Below are positions 18,219 through 27,993 of a stretch of 64,000 bases of DNA, in pieces. The position numbers were made by a program, and so were the translations under genes. Positions within the stretch are counted from its first letter, which is position 1. Each line of letters starts with the position of its first letter. The stretch is taken from the sequence record MW749006.1; one strand, 5' to 3'. The notes under the pieces were generated by a model that saw only the letters and a list, made by a program, of their open reading frames with translations, searched no databases and was not told the DNA's origin.

Positions 18219-20159
18219 GTGGATCTAAACGCTAGAGAGATATTCAATCAACCAAGACAGATGGTCTGGGATATACCTGATGGTTTACATGAGGTTATGT
18301 ACGAAGATGGTATAGTGAACACTGAGAACAAGAAAGACTTAGTGTTGAATCGTTATGCTTGGGAGATCATGCAGTTGTATCCTAACACTCCTATAGATAG
18401 CGTGTGGAGTGTGAGTGCTATTGTGGGTGAGGGTAACTTTGACTCTAACACTGTACCTAAGTTATTGGAAGCTATCTTTAAGCAAGTGTGTGTTCATAAT
18501 AACATTCATTTCTATAAAGATAAAGAACCGTTACTTCGGTTAGCTTACCAGACAAGCAATTGGATCTTTAATGAAGTAGTACATCGTATCTCTAGTAGTG
18601 TAACAACTATTGACGCGGTTGACTTCATTAACTTAGTTAACGATAAAGAGATTAAACAAATACATAAAGACTTAGAACCTTCTATACGTTCAGTGGAGAG
18701 TACGTACTTAGGTATCCGTAACTTTATTAAAGCAAGTCCTGTAACTAACAGACTAGCAGCAGCCTATAAGTCTAAGGCTGTTAACGATAACCAAGCTAAC
18801 CAGTGTATAGGTCCGCGTGGGTTTGTTACTGACTTAGATAGAACGGTGTTTAGACAACCTATCTTGAATGGTTATATTCGTGGTATGGGTGATCTGTTTG
18901 AGTTGTTAGCAGAGTCTCGTACAGCTGCTAAGTCACTGAACGCACAAGAGAGTCACGTACGTATTTCTGAGTATGCTTCTCGTCGAGTACAATTATTGAC
19001 TATGACTGTAGCTGAGACAGAACCAGGTGACTGTGGTAGTACAGAGTACATGGACATGTTAATGACTCCTAAACGACTACGTAATATGATTGGAATCTAT
19101 TATATAGATCCTGATAGTAACTCTTTACGTTATCTGGATGGAACTGAAGAACATCTATCTGAACAAATCATTAAGATACGTACTCCGTTTGGGTGTAAAC
19201 ATCTCGTTGAGACTAAAGTGTGTTCAGTGTGTTTAGGTAAGATCTCTGAGAATCTTAAAGAGAACTCAAACTTAGGTTACACGATGACTTCATTCTTGAT
19301 GGAGAAACTAACACAATCTATTTTGTCTACTAAACACTTGATCAGGTCTGTTCGTAAGACAATGATTCAGCTGGAAGGTATGGCAGTAAAGTACTTTAAT
19401 ATTAAGAATGGAGATGAATACTATCTAAATAAGAACTTAGACTTAACCCACTTAGATATAATCCTACCCGGTAACCGTATGGGTAGACTAACAGATATAC
19501 TTAGCTTACAACACACCAACGTTTCTTTAACTAGAGCAGGTGAGTTAGACGCTATTAGTATACGTGATAATAGTAAGAAAACAACCTTCACTGAGTCTGT
19601 TAGTATATCATATCGAGATCGTGAATCTGTTATAACTAAAGAGTTCTTGGACTACATTAAGAAGACTACGTTTGAAACAGATGCTCGTGGTAATTTCATT
19701 ATTCCTCTAGCTGGATATGATAAAAGAGAACCTATCTTTGTTACACCGTTGAAAGAAGATAACGTACTTGCTTTTGTTAATAAGATTGCAGATGTTATTG
19801 AGAAGACTAAGACTCTGAAAGGTAAACCTGTTTGTCCTTATGACAAATATGTAGAGTTGTTTGATATGGTCTTAGAACGATTTGAGTGTAACTTAACTGT
19901 AGTTGGTGTAATGATTTATGCTATTACAGCTAAGAATGCTCTTGACGGTGACTTTAGTCTAGGTAGAAACTCTGTTAACAGTTCTTGTGTTGACGCAGCT
20001 ACATTGTTTAGAAGTCGTAGTGTCAGTCAGTTGCTGGTATATGAACGACAAACTCCAGAACTCATCAAGAAACCAATCGGTCTCTTCAATGCTGGTAAAC
20101 GAACGGATCATCCTTTTGATGTCCTATTCATACCTAATGAGATGCTGGGTACATCATAA
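18219..20159 (+). CDS. Non-virion RNA polymerase beta' subunit, C-terminal part (phiKZ gp74-like)
   Basis: QCIGPRG, ESR.AAK, DCGS, RTP.GC...VCSVCLG Zn site, TQSILSTKH. Confidence 0.9.
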   Translation: MDLNAREIFNQPRQMVWDIPDGLHEVMYEDGIVNTENKKDLVLNRYAWEIMQLYPNTPIDSVWSVSAIVGEGNFDSNTVPKLLEAIFKQVCVHNNIHFYKDKEPLLRLAYQTSNWIFNEVVHRISSSVTTIDAVDFINLVNDKEIKQIHKDLEPSIRSVESTYLGIRNFIKASPVTNRLAAAYKSKAVNDNQANQCIGPRGFVTDLDRTVFRQPILNGYIRGMGDLFELLAESRTAAKSLNAQESHVRISEYASRRVQLLTMTVAETEPGDCGSTEYMDMLMTPKRLRNMIGIYYIDPDSNSLRYLDGTEEHLSEQIIKIRTPFGCKHLVETKVCSVCLGKISENLKENSNLGYTMTSFLMEKLTQSILSTKHLIRSVRKTMIQLEGMAVKYFNIKNGDEYYLNKNLDLTHLDIILPGNRMGRLTDILSLQHTNVSLTRAGELDAISIRDNSKKTTFTESVSISYRDRESVITKEFLDYIKKTTFETDARGNFIIPLAGYDKREPIFVTPLKEDNVLAFVNKIADVIEKTKTLKGKPVCPYDKYVELFDMVLERFECNLTVVGVMIYAITAKNALDGDFSLGRNSVNSSCVDAATLFRSRSVSQLLVYERQTPELIKKPIGLFNAGKRTDHPFDVLFIPNEMLGTS

Positions 20160-20168
20160 CAAACAGAT

Positions 20169-20195
20169 AGAGTACCTTCGGGTACTCTTTTCTTT
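20169..20195 (+). terminator. Intrinsic terminator
   Basis: agagtacc-ttcg-ggtactct plus T tract. Confidence 0.8.
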
Positions 20196-20211
20196 CACAG
20201 GAGATACTAAC

Positions 20212-21732
20212 GTGTCTGTTAAACTACTCAAGTTTAATCTGTCGGTCTGTTTAGAGGTAAAAGATCCTAGATTAACACGGATGGTTAGTGACTTCTTAGA
20301 TAAGTTCTATACCTCCAAACAACAAGGTTTTGGTGCTAATCAAGATACAGACGACAAGATGTTTGCTAGTCGTGTGAAAAACTCTGGAGTCTTCTTTTTA
20401 CACAACAGACAGTTTGCTCATCTATATCACTATTTGAAAGAACAAGGTATTACTTTAGTTGCTGAAGAGGTAGAAGATTACAGAGATTACATAGTAAAGA
20501 AGACTAAATACAAAGTAAGAGAAGGTTGGAAGCTACGTGATGCTCAAGTGCCAGTCTCTGAGTTCCTGTTAGACGATCCTAGTGGTTCTAAACTAGTACC
20601 CCTTGCAACTGGGTCAGGTAAGACAGCTACAGCTCTAATCACACTAGGAGCTCTCAAGAAACGATTTGCTATTATCATCCTACCGTTCTTAATGGATAAG
20701 TGGGTATTAGATATAGTAGAGATTCACGAAGCTAATACTGAAGATGTTCTGTTAGTTCAAGGTTTCAAAGCTTTAGCTACTCTTATAGATATGGCAAAAG
20801 AAGGAGATGTTAACTGTGATTACTTTCTAATCAGTAATAGAACTATGCAGGATTTCATTAAAGCATATGAAGCTGATCCAGAAGGTTGTATAGAGATCTA
20901 CGGTTGTAGTCCTATTGAATTGTTTCCGTTGTTAGGTATTGGTGTTCTTCTGATTGATGAAGTTCACATGTCCTTTCATAGTGTCTTTAAGACTCTAATA
21001 CATACTAACGTAGAGTTCCAAATAGGACTCTCAGCTACCTTACTATCAGAAGACCCGTTAGTAACAAGGATACACAACGTAGTATATAAGAAAGAAAATG
21101 TGTATGGCGATAGGATGATACAGAAGTATGCTGACGTTTATCCTATTACGTATAACATCCAAGAAGATAAGATGCGTTTCATTAAGACAGCTAACTATGG
21201 TTCTAAGAACTATTCACATATAGCCTATGAACAAAGCATCATGAAAAACCACAGTCTATTACAATCCTACTTTAAACTCATAGAGTCTGTAGCTGAAGAT
21301 TATTTTAATCAATTCTATATGGAAAACGATAAGTTAATTATCTTCGTATCTACAATTAAATTTGCTACCATATTAACTGAGAGAATGGAACAATTCTTTC
21401 CTAAGTTATTGGTATCACGTTACTGTGAGAAAGATCTTTACGATGAGATGATTAAAGCTGATGTGATTGTAACTACAGTTTTGTCAGCAGGTACTGGTTT
21501 GGATATACCTAACCTACGTGTTGGTATACAGACAGTTTGTATTTCATCTACTGTAATGAACATCCAGAGTCTTGGACGTTTGCGTAAGCTTAAAGACAGA
21601 GATGTTAAGTTCTGCTATCTATACACTAACAACATACCTAAACAGTATCAGTACCATCGTAAACGTATGGAGATATTTGCTGATCGAGTTGCTACTATTA
21701 CACAAAGACGTAGTAGAGTTGATCTACGCTAG
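20212..21732 (+). CDS. SF2 (DEAD/UvsW-like) helicase (phiKZ gp75-like)
   Basis: TGSGKT, DEVH, GLSAT, QSLGRLR; GTG 20212 with CAGGAG SD. Confidence 0.9.
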   Translation: MSVKLLKFNLSVCLEVKDPRLTRMVSDFLDKFYTSKQQGFGANQDTDDKMFASRVKNSGVFFLHNRQFAHLYHYLKEQGITLVAEEVEDYRDYIVKKTKYKVREGWKLRDAQVPVSEFLLDDPSGSKLVPLATGSGKTATALITLGALKKRFAIIILPFLMDKWVLDIVEIHEANTEDVLLVQGFKALATLIDMAKEGDVNCDYFLISNRTMQDFIKAYEADPEGCIEIYGCSPIELFPLLGIGVLLIDEVHMSFHSVFKTLIHTNVEFQIGLSATLLSEDPLVTRIHNVVYKKENVYGDRMIQKYADVYPITYNIQEDKMRFIKTANYGSKNYSHIAYEQSIMKNHSLLQSYFKLIESVAEDYFNQFYMENDKLIIFVSTIKFATILTERMEQFFPKLLVSRYCEKDLYDEMIKADVIVTTVLSAGTGLDIPNLRVGIQTVCISSTVMNIQSLGRLRKLKDRDVKFCYLYTNNIPKQYQYHRKRMEIFADRVATITQRRSRVDLR

Positions 21733-21760
21733 GGGTAACTCCCTAGCTTTCTTTTTTTCT
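21728..21760 (+). terminator. Intrinsic terminator
   Basis: gctagggg-taa-ctccctagc plus long T tract. Confidence 0.8.
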
Positions 21761-21763
21761 TGG

Positions 21764-22249
21764 ATGAGTTTGAGTATGTCGGATACTATAGAAAAACAGT
21801 TGACTAGGTATTTAGCTGGTGTTAAAGATGAAGGTTTAAACGAGATAGCTAATCTGATAGACTTAGAAACTAACTTCTTGAAAGCTAGATGGCAAGTGTT
21901 ATCTAAGGTAGTTCCACACATGGTCTTTGTTAACGGTTATACGTTAGAGATTACTACCTGTGAAGAAGCTGGTGATATTACATATATCTTCAATAAAAGA
22001 ACTACAAAAGAAATAACTATAGATTATGAAAACTTCTATATAGATTTCATAAGTAAAGAAGAAGAACAGTTGGGTAGAGTGCAGTTAGTCGATATAGAAG
22101 ATATCTTACTAATAAACAGTGACACTGGTGTGCTACATGACCTATGCGACATCTTAAGTTTTCTTTCAGACGAGCATGTAATGCCAACCCAGAAACCAGT
22201 GACTGATAACATCATTGAAGTAAACTTTAAAACAAAGAAACTAATGTAA
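21764..22249 (+). CDS. Hypothetical protein
   Basis: Start moved downstream of terminator (21764 or 21776). Confidence 0.65.
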   Translation: MSLSMSDTIEKQLTRYLAGVKDEGLNEIANLIDLETNFLKARWQVLSKVVPHMVFVNGYTLEITTCEEAGDITYIFNKRTTKEITIDYENFYIDFISKEEEQLGRVQLVDIEDILLINSDTGVLHDLCDILSFLSDEHVMPTQKPVTDNIIEVNFKTKKLM

Positions 22250-22261
22250 AGGGAGAAATGC

Positions 22262-23050
22262 ATGTACAGTTATTTTGGCTCATTAGAAGAAGCTAAACGT
22301 TACGGACCTATTCTTACAGGTAAAGTAGAAGGTAATGGTTCTAGGTTAATAGCAATCAATAACTATATCGACGATATTTCTAGCAATCGTGGTGTAGTTA
22401 CTAGTAGCTTAGTAATACGTTTAAGTAAAAGTGCTAAGTGTAAAGTGTTGGAAATCAAACTACCTTTCTTAGTTAAGAATGAATGGTTTATTCGCAATAC
22501 AGATAACATCCTTCATTTAAACGGTTTTGGTAAGAATAAAGTAATTACTCTCTTCTGGAAAGATAATGTTCACGTGAAGACTGAAGGACTAGATCCCTCT
22601 ACTGGTGATGTTTTACTAGAAACTGAAAGTGCCTTTTATCTTAATAGTTGCGAAGGTGAATTCATTAGCGATTACTATTTAGTTAAGAACAAGAACAGTG
22701 ATAAAGAGATAGGTTGTAAAGCACATATGTGTAGACATACCTACCGTAGACTCCCTAACTATCTTAAATATCTGGGTATGTTACTACCAAAAATCAAAGT
22801 TGACCGTATGGAACTTAAGTTCACAGATGAAGTAGGTCCTGAGTCTGGTAGCTGGAAAGGTGGTATATATAGTGCTAGTGGTATGACTGTCTTTAAAGAA
22901 GAGAACTTACCTAAAGCTGTAGCGCGTTACCTTGATAAGAAACAAGTTACAATTATACGCAAGTTAACTAAAGAAGAGTACTACGCTAAGTTCCCTGAAA
23001 AGAAACCTGAGAAAACAATGAATTACACTGGAGTAAACAAATGCGATTGA
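22262..23050 (+). CDS. Hypothetical protein
   Basis: 262-aa ORF with GGGAG SD. Confidence 0.7.
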   Translation: MYSYFGSLEEAKRYGPILTGKVEGNGSRLIAINNYIDDISSNRGVVTSSLVIRLSKSAKCKVLEIKLPFLVKNEWFIRNTDNILHLNGFGKNKVITLFWKDNVHVKTEGLDPSTGDVLLETESAFYLNSCEGEFISDYYLVKNKNSDKEIGCKAHMCRHTYRRLPNYLKYLGMLLPKIKVDRMELKFTDEVGPESGSWKGGIYSASGMTVFKEENLPKAVARYLDKKQVTIIRKLTKEEYYAKFPEKKPEKTMNYTGVNKCD

Positions 23051-23706
23051 TATCACCTTCTGTAGAGATAATGAACTACACACCAAACATGGAAGCTACT
23101 ATTGAAGAAGCTATTCGTACTTGTTATAAAAGTGAAGATAAGATCTGTGAAGGTTCTGCTAACAAGATCATTCGTAACATCATGGATCGTCACCACGAAT
23201 CTACTATCGAACACGCTTTAATTACCGTTCGGTTTGTATGTGACCGTGGTGTAACACATGAAGGTGTTCGTCACCGTCTTAGTTCATTCAGTCAAGAGTC
23301 TACTCGTTACTGTGGTTACGATAAAGGTAAGTTCGGTAATGAGATCAGTGTGATTGATATCCGTGGTGGATTCCCTAACATGGGAGCTAGATTTGATGTC
23401 TGGTTAGAAGCTATGGAAGCAGCTGAAGGTTACTACATGAAGATGAAGGAGATGGGGGCTACTTCAGAAGAAGCTCGTTCTGTTCTACCTAACTCTTTAA
23501 AGACTGAACTAGTCTGGAGTGCTAACCCTCGTTCGTGGCGACATGCTTTCCAGATGCGAGTAGAGAACTCTGCTCACCCGCAGATAGCAGAAGTGATGGT
23601 TCCTTTGTTGGAAGAGTTCAGTTCTAAGTGGCCAGTATTGTTTGAAGACATTGTTGTAGGTAGTAAACACCGTAGGTTTCTGAAAGATCCACAAACACAT
23701 ATATAG
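23041..23706 (+). CDS. thyX: Flavin-dependent thymidylate synthase ThyX
   Basis: HESTIEH, RGVTHEGVRHRLSSFSQESTRY signature, ARSVLPN. Confidence 0.95.
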   Translation: MRLISPSVEIMNYTPNMEATIEEAIRTCYKSEDKICEGSANKIIRNIMDRHHESTIEHALITVRFVCDRGVTHEGVRHRLSSFSQESTRYCGYDKGKFGNEISVIDIRGGFPNMGARFDVWLEAMEAAEGYYMKMKEMGATSEEARSVLPNSLKTELVWSANPRSWRHAFQMRVENSAHPQIAEVMVPLLEEFSSKWPVLFEDIVVGSKHRRFLKDPQTHI

Positions 23707-23769
23707 TACCTAGACTACTGAGCTATTCATTTAGCTCAGTAGCTTACTAACACATTTTAATATAAGGTA
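23697..23769 (+). repeat. Promoter-stem-loop-SD module, copy A1
   Basis: Near-identical to 54496..54567; ACATATATAGTA followed by an 11-bp stem. Confidence 0.85.
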
Positions 23770-23775
23770 ACTGTT

Positions 23776-23943
23776 ATGTCTTGTAATTGTGAGTTGAAAG
23801 AAGTAGTGTCAAAAAAGGATCTAGTAGACCGACTTAAAAAGCTAGTTGGGGGTGACACTCAAGATCATTTTAAATACTTCTCTCCGATGTTAGTAACTAA
23901 ACATCTTGAAGAAAAAAACAATTCTTCTAAATCTATAAATTAG
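23776..23943 (+). CDS. Small hypothetical protein (55 aa)
   Basis: Hand-translated MSCNCELKEVV...; AAGGT SD; first gene after promoter. Confidence 0.5.
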   Translation: MSCNCELKEVVSKKDLVDRLKKLVGGDTQDHFKYFSPMLVTKHLEEKNNSSKSIN

Positions 23944-23951
23944 GAACATCT

Positions 23952-24218
23952 ATGTCAGACTCACATGAAGAACGAGTGAAAGCATTGAAGGAAGGGATGT
24001 TAGTTAAGATTGACGATCTAGATGAACAAATGGAAAGGTTAAAGAAAGAAATGCTTGCTAAGATTAAGAGTCTTGAAGAAGACGATCCTATGCGTGAAAG
24101 GTTTCTAGGAGTGTATGAGTTACTAGAAGAAGAATCTCCTCAAGAATTTGAAGAGAAGTTAAAGCAAGCTGAAGAAATAAATAACTCAATCGTGTTAAAT
24201 CGAGAAACTAAACGTTAG
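23952..24218 (+). CDS. Hypothetical coiled-coil protein
   Basis: 88 aa, charged. Confidence 0.65.
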   Translation: MSDSHEERVKALKEGMLVKIDDLDEQMERLKKEMLAKIKSLEEDDPMRERFLGVYELLEEESPQEFEEKLKQAEEINNSIVLNRETKR

Positions 24219-24226
24219 AGGTTCCT

Positions 24227-24733
24227 ATGTCAGAGAAAACAGAATCTGAGCACAATTGGTCTTTGAGAGAAGAACGTGCTGTCCTAGAACAAGCATTTGA
24301 GCACTCCTCTAATCCGAAGAAATTGAAGAAGTTTGTAGCTAATCTATACAAGAAAGTTACAACTGACGAAGCTCGTTTAATGTGTCAGGATATCTATTCC
24401 TCTAAAGATCCTGTAAAGTATGTTAAAGATTCCATAACTAGAGTTCGAGACTTTGCTATTCTAATCGAACAGTTTATGGAAGACGGTAACCATGGTGCTA
24501 TCATCACTGGTAGTGGTGGTAGAGACGTTTATCCTATTAAGGTAGATGCCTTACCTCAGTGGTTAACTGGAGACGATCCATGGACTCAGGAGGACGAACT
24601 AGAGATCATGCTTAAAGCTACACGTGGTTGGATGCAAGAGTATAATAAAGATTACTTCTACGGTAAGATAGTGTTGTTCCCTTACTTTGGATTCTCAGGT
24701 ATACCTCGGGTTTACGAGTTAACAGCTAAATAA
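24227..24733 (+). CDS. Hypothetical protein
   Basis: 168-aa ORF with SD. Confidence 0.7.
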   Translation: MSEKTESEHNWSLREERAVLEQAFEHSSNPKKLKKFVANLYKKVTTDEARLMCQDIYSSKDPVKYVKDSITRVRDFAILIEQFMEDGNHGAIITGSGGRDVYPIKVDALPQWLTGDDPWTQEDELEIMLKATRGWMQEYNKDYFYGKIVLFPYFGFSGIPRVYELTAK

Positions 24734-24748
24734 ATTAAGATAACTACT

Positions 24749-24806
24749 AGTCAACTACCCCTACCCAAAGGAAGGGGTCTCTGTAGAGTAAATTCCGATG
24801 AAAGAT
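24749..24806 (+). repeat. 58-bp hairpin-SD-ATG repeat, copy C1
   Basis: Ungapped match to 27092..27149, first 30 bp differ at one position. Confidence 0.8.
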
Positions 24807-25310
24807 AAACACGTAATATTAACAGGTGGAGTTCGTAAAGGGGAGTTTACAGTAGTATCCGCTAGTACTCCGCGCAAGGTAGCTATAGTTGGTGGAGAAC
24901 TTAGTATACCGTTAGGTGACTACACCGTTGAGAACAAACCAATCTTTAACACAGCTTTCAGAACACACACTGTAAACACTCTACTCTATGACAGTATCTA
25001 CTCCCTCTTGTTAAGTAGTAGAGATAAAGAAATAGCAATAGAACTCACTCACCCTGATAGAGTAGTCGATTTAACTTTACATCCCAACGGAGATCTAACC
25101 CAAACAGATAGCGATGTGATGCGAGGTTATATTGAGGATAACCTTATATCAGTAACCAACCCTAAAACCAATAAGGTTACACTCACTGTTAAGGTCTCTA
25201 ACCATAAACTAAATATCAGACGCTACGACAATAAACAAATTATTGGTAGTGTTAAATTAGGTTTGAATATCAGATCCGAACCTACAATCTTTATTAAATA
25301 CAAGGTTTAA
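24798..25310 (+). CDS. Hypothetical protein
   Basis: 170-aa ORF. Confidence 0.7.
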   Translation: MKDKHVILTGGVRKGEFTVVSASTPRKVAIVGGELSIPLGDYTVENKPIFNTAFRTHTVNTLLYDSIYSLLLSSRDKEIAIELTHPDRVVDLTLHPNGDLTQTDSDVMRGYIEDNLISVTNPKTNKVTLTVKVSNHKLNIRRYDNKQIIGSVKLGLNIRSEPTIFIKYKV

Positions 25311-25314
25311 TAAC

Positions 25315-25824
25315 ATGACTACATTAACTAAAGAAGATATAAACAATAACTTCATGGTAGATCCGAAGCTACGTAAGAAGCTTAACACATGGGTACAGCA
25401 GTACTATAACAACGTAACAGATTTAAGTTATATTGCTGCTGGTTATTTTAGTAACTTCATAAATTGTCATTCTGACGGATTCTTTCGTATAGCATTTGAC
25501 GGAGATTACTTTGACGTTGATACTCTAGAGGACTCTGTGAAGACTCTACTTAAAGTTGACTCTGAACAGAACACCTTGTTAGTTGCAGCTGGAGACTGTG
25601 CTAGTCGCGTCTCTGATAGTGGTAAGTTTGTTATTAGTATAGAAGGTCTAGGTGTGAAAGTTCGTCTAGTGATAGACACCCTGGCTATAGAAACAATACT
25701 TCACGAGCGGATACCTGGTGACACTGGTTTAGATTGCGGTAGGATGTTAAACGAGATGCTTGAAAGTAATAGTAAATTACCAGAACGCAAAGTTCAAGTA
25801 ATCGTTAAGAATATAAACAAGTAG
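25315..25824 (+). CDS. Hypothetical protein
   Basis: 169-aa ORF. Confidence 0.7.
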   Translation: MTTLTKEDINNNFMVDPKLRKKLNTWVQQYYNNVTDLSYIAAGYFSNFINCHSDGFFRIAFDGDYFDVDTLEDSVKTLLKVDSEQNTLLVAAGDCASRVSDSGKFVISIEGLGVKVRLVIDTLAIETILHERIPGDTGLDCGRMLNEMLESNSKLPERKVQVIVKNINK

Positions 25825-25833
25825 GGGTAGCAC

Positions 25834-27111
25834 ATGTACAGTGAAGACATCTTAAATAAAGTCTCTGTTGAAGTATTGAAAAAGATTCAGGGAGAGTTTG
25901 GTATTGAGGTCAGACTATCCCGAGGTCACACTGGCGAGGTTTGGAGTGAAAACTTAAGTTACATAGTTGATCTTCTTAACGGATCAGTTAAGAAGTTACT
26001 TGTGTGTTTAAAGGACAACACTATAGCTGAAGTATACGTTCTTGAAAGAGATGAACATCGCTTAGTCATTAGAATAGCACCTACTGATAAGAAACTAGAT
26101 TCTAGTCGCTTGGTGTTTGAACTTAGCCATTTAGTTGAAAACAAAGAAAGTTCTTACAATAACGAGTTGTTGTGTAAGCTGTCAATTCGGATTATTAAAG
26201 ACATCAAACAAACAGTAGAGACAGGAACTTTAAGTTACGAAAATATCAGCATTAACTCGGGTATAACTCGACTACCTTTCACTAAGGAAACAGTAGTTAA
26301 TTTATTATCCCAGACTAGTCTTAAAGTGGTGGTAAATGTAATAAGTGATAGTCTAGTAAGAAGTTCTACTTGGTGTATAACTTTCACTAAGAAAGAAGAT
26401 CATCTGTTAATGAAGTTACAACGAACTTTCAATACAAAAGTTCATGAATTTAGTTACGCACTAGCAAACTACGTTACTATTATAAACGAAACTTCTGAAA
26501 CTAATGAACAATTCAACACTATGTTGAAATTAATCAGACCGTATGAAACGGATCGCTTAACTTCAGTCAACATGCCCTCTAACCGATATCCTAAGGAAGA
26601 AAACGTGATTAAACAAGAACAAGGTTTGCCTTTTGACCTAGAACAGTTATGTAACAAGGTTAGTAACACATGCGGTTCTGTTCACTCGTTAAAGGAAACA
26701 ATAAGCGCTATCACACAAAACCAAGAACTTACAGTTCAGCTAGAAAGACAAAAGACACGCTTTCTGCTAGAAGTAACCGGTGATATTGTTTCTAATTGGA
26801 ACTCAGCTGTAGAGTTTCGATTCTCCCCTGACTTACCTGTAGAATCTCTGTTCTTACATTTCCCAGAAAGAAGTGTAGATCTGAACCGATACGTAGTTAC
26901 TTTTCTAAACAACTGTAAACTAAAGTACATTCATAAAACAGATGTTAAAGAAGAACATTACTTACTGAGTGTAGAGTTAGACGATAAAACTTACAACGTA
27001 GGTATTCCTGTTAACGCTGTTGATTTCATCACCATTCTATCTGCCTTCGGTGGTCGAGTGGAGATCAGCACTCTGTTGGATCATTTTCGAAAGTCAACTA
27101 CCCCTACCTAA
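25834..27111 (+). CDS. Hypothetical multi-domain protein
   Basis: 425-aa ORF; C-terminal DIVSNWN motif shared with neighbours. Confidence 0.75.
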   Translation: MYSEDILNKVSVEVLKKIQGEFGIEVRLSRGHTGEVWSENLSYIVDLLNGSVKKLLVCLKDNTIAEVYVLERDEHRLVIRIAPTDKKLDSSRLVFELSHLVENKESSYNNELLCKLSIRIIKDIKQTVETGTLSYENISINSGITRLPFTKETVVNLLSQTSLKVVVNVISDSLVRSSTWCITFTKKEDHLLMKLQRTFNTKVHEFSYALANYVTIINETSETNEQFNTMLKLIRPYETDRLTSVNMPSNRYPKEENVIKQEQGLPFDLEQLCNKVSNTCGSVHSLKETISAITQNQELTVQLERQKTRFLLEVTGDIVSNWNSAVEFRFSPDLPVESLFLHFPERSVDLNRYVVTFLNNCKLKYIHKTDVKEEHYLLSVELDDKTYNVGIPVNAVDFITILSAFGGRVEISTLLDHFRKSTTPT

Positions 27112-27149
27112 AGGAAGGGGTTTCCATGGAGTAAACAATTATGAAAGAT
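27092..27149 (+). repeat. 58-bp hairpin-SD-ATG repeat, copy C2
   Basis: See 24749..24806. Confidence 0.8.
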
Positions 27150-27482
27150 CTAGGTAAGATAAACTACAAGTACATCAAAGACCCAGAACCAACTAAACAA
27201 GAAGGTTTGTGTGTGGTTGTAGTGTTTCGAAAAGATATAAGCGTCTTGGAAGATTTACTTATACTAGGTATGTGTAACACTAATTTACCAAGTAACGTCC
27301 TTAAACTTAAACCTTGCAAGTTCAACTTAACTACAGATGTTGAGAAGAACGAATTCATTCTAGATATAGACACTGAGATTCTTGTAGACTACAAGATCAA
27401 ATGTCACTTGTTCTTAGTTGACGAAGTATATCTAGCGTTACCAGATGGTCGTAAGGTACATAACCTTTACACTAAACTTTAA
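27141..27482 (+). CDS. Hypothetical protein
   Basis: 113-aa ORF with GGAG SD. Confidence 0.65.
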   Translation: MKDLGKINYKYIKDPEPTKQEGLCVVVVFRKDISVLEDLLILGMCNTNLPSNVLKLKPCKFNLTTDVEKNEFILDIDTEILVDYKIKCHLFLVDEVYLALPDGRKVHNLYTKL

Positions 27483-27492
27483 GGAGTATAAC

Positions 27493-27987
27493 ATGACTCA
27501 CATTGAGAAATTGAGTAAGTTGATCTTAGATGACAATAAGATCACTACAATGATTAGCGATGCGTTAAAAGAACGGTATCGTTTAGAGTTGGCTTATCTA
27601 AAGACTGAAGATAAGTTACAAGAATTAGCAGACGCCATGATTCTTCAGTTAGTTAATAACTGGAACCAAGGGGCTGTTATTACTTTTAACAAAGAAGTAA
27701 TAGTAGAAGAACACTTCACAGGTTCTAAAGTTGTAACTATTGATATCGTAAAGAACTCTGTAACTACGAAGGACTCTGTGCTTCGCATTGACATTGACAC
27801 TGAAGTTAGTGAAGGTGGGTATTTGATTACCATCTTCCGCGATGATGAAGCCACTCGGGTTAAGTGTCACCGTGACTTTATTAAGGAGATTCTGTTGATC
27901 ACTGAAGATGATACACGCATATCTTTAAGTGAAGTAGTTCTTAACGTAACGAAAGAGCTAACTGAGAAACTATCCAATAAAGAGTAG
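27493..27987 (+). CDS. Hypothetical protein
   Basis: ATG 27493 after AAGGAG. Confidence 0.7.
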   Translation: MTHIEKLSKLILDDNKITTMISDALKERYRLELAYLKTEDKLQELADAMILQLVNNWNQGAVITFNKEVIVEEHFTGSKVVTIDIVKNSVTTKDSVLRIDIDTEVSEGGYLITIFRDDEATRVKCHRDFIKEILLITEDDTRISLSEVVLNVTKELTEKLSNKE

Positions 27988-27993
27988 AGCGAT

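Noticed and set aside
19987-20211. Long N-terminal extensions in the ORF track (also 21572, 27445, 38996, 45140, 47357, 56205, 61386)
   Set aside because: They overlap upstream genes, terminators or promoters; SD-supported internal starts were preferred
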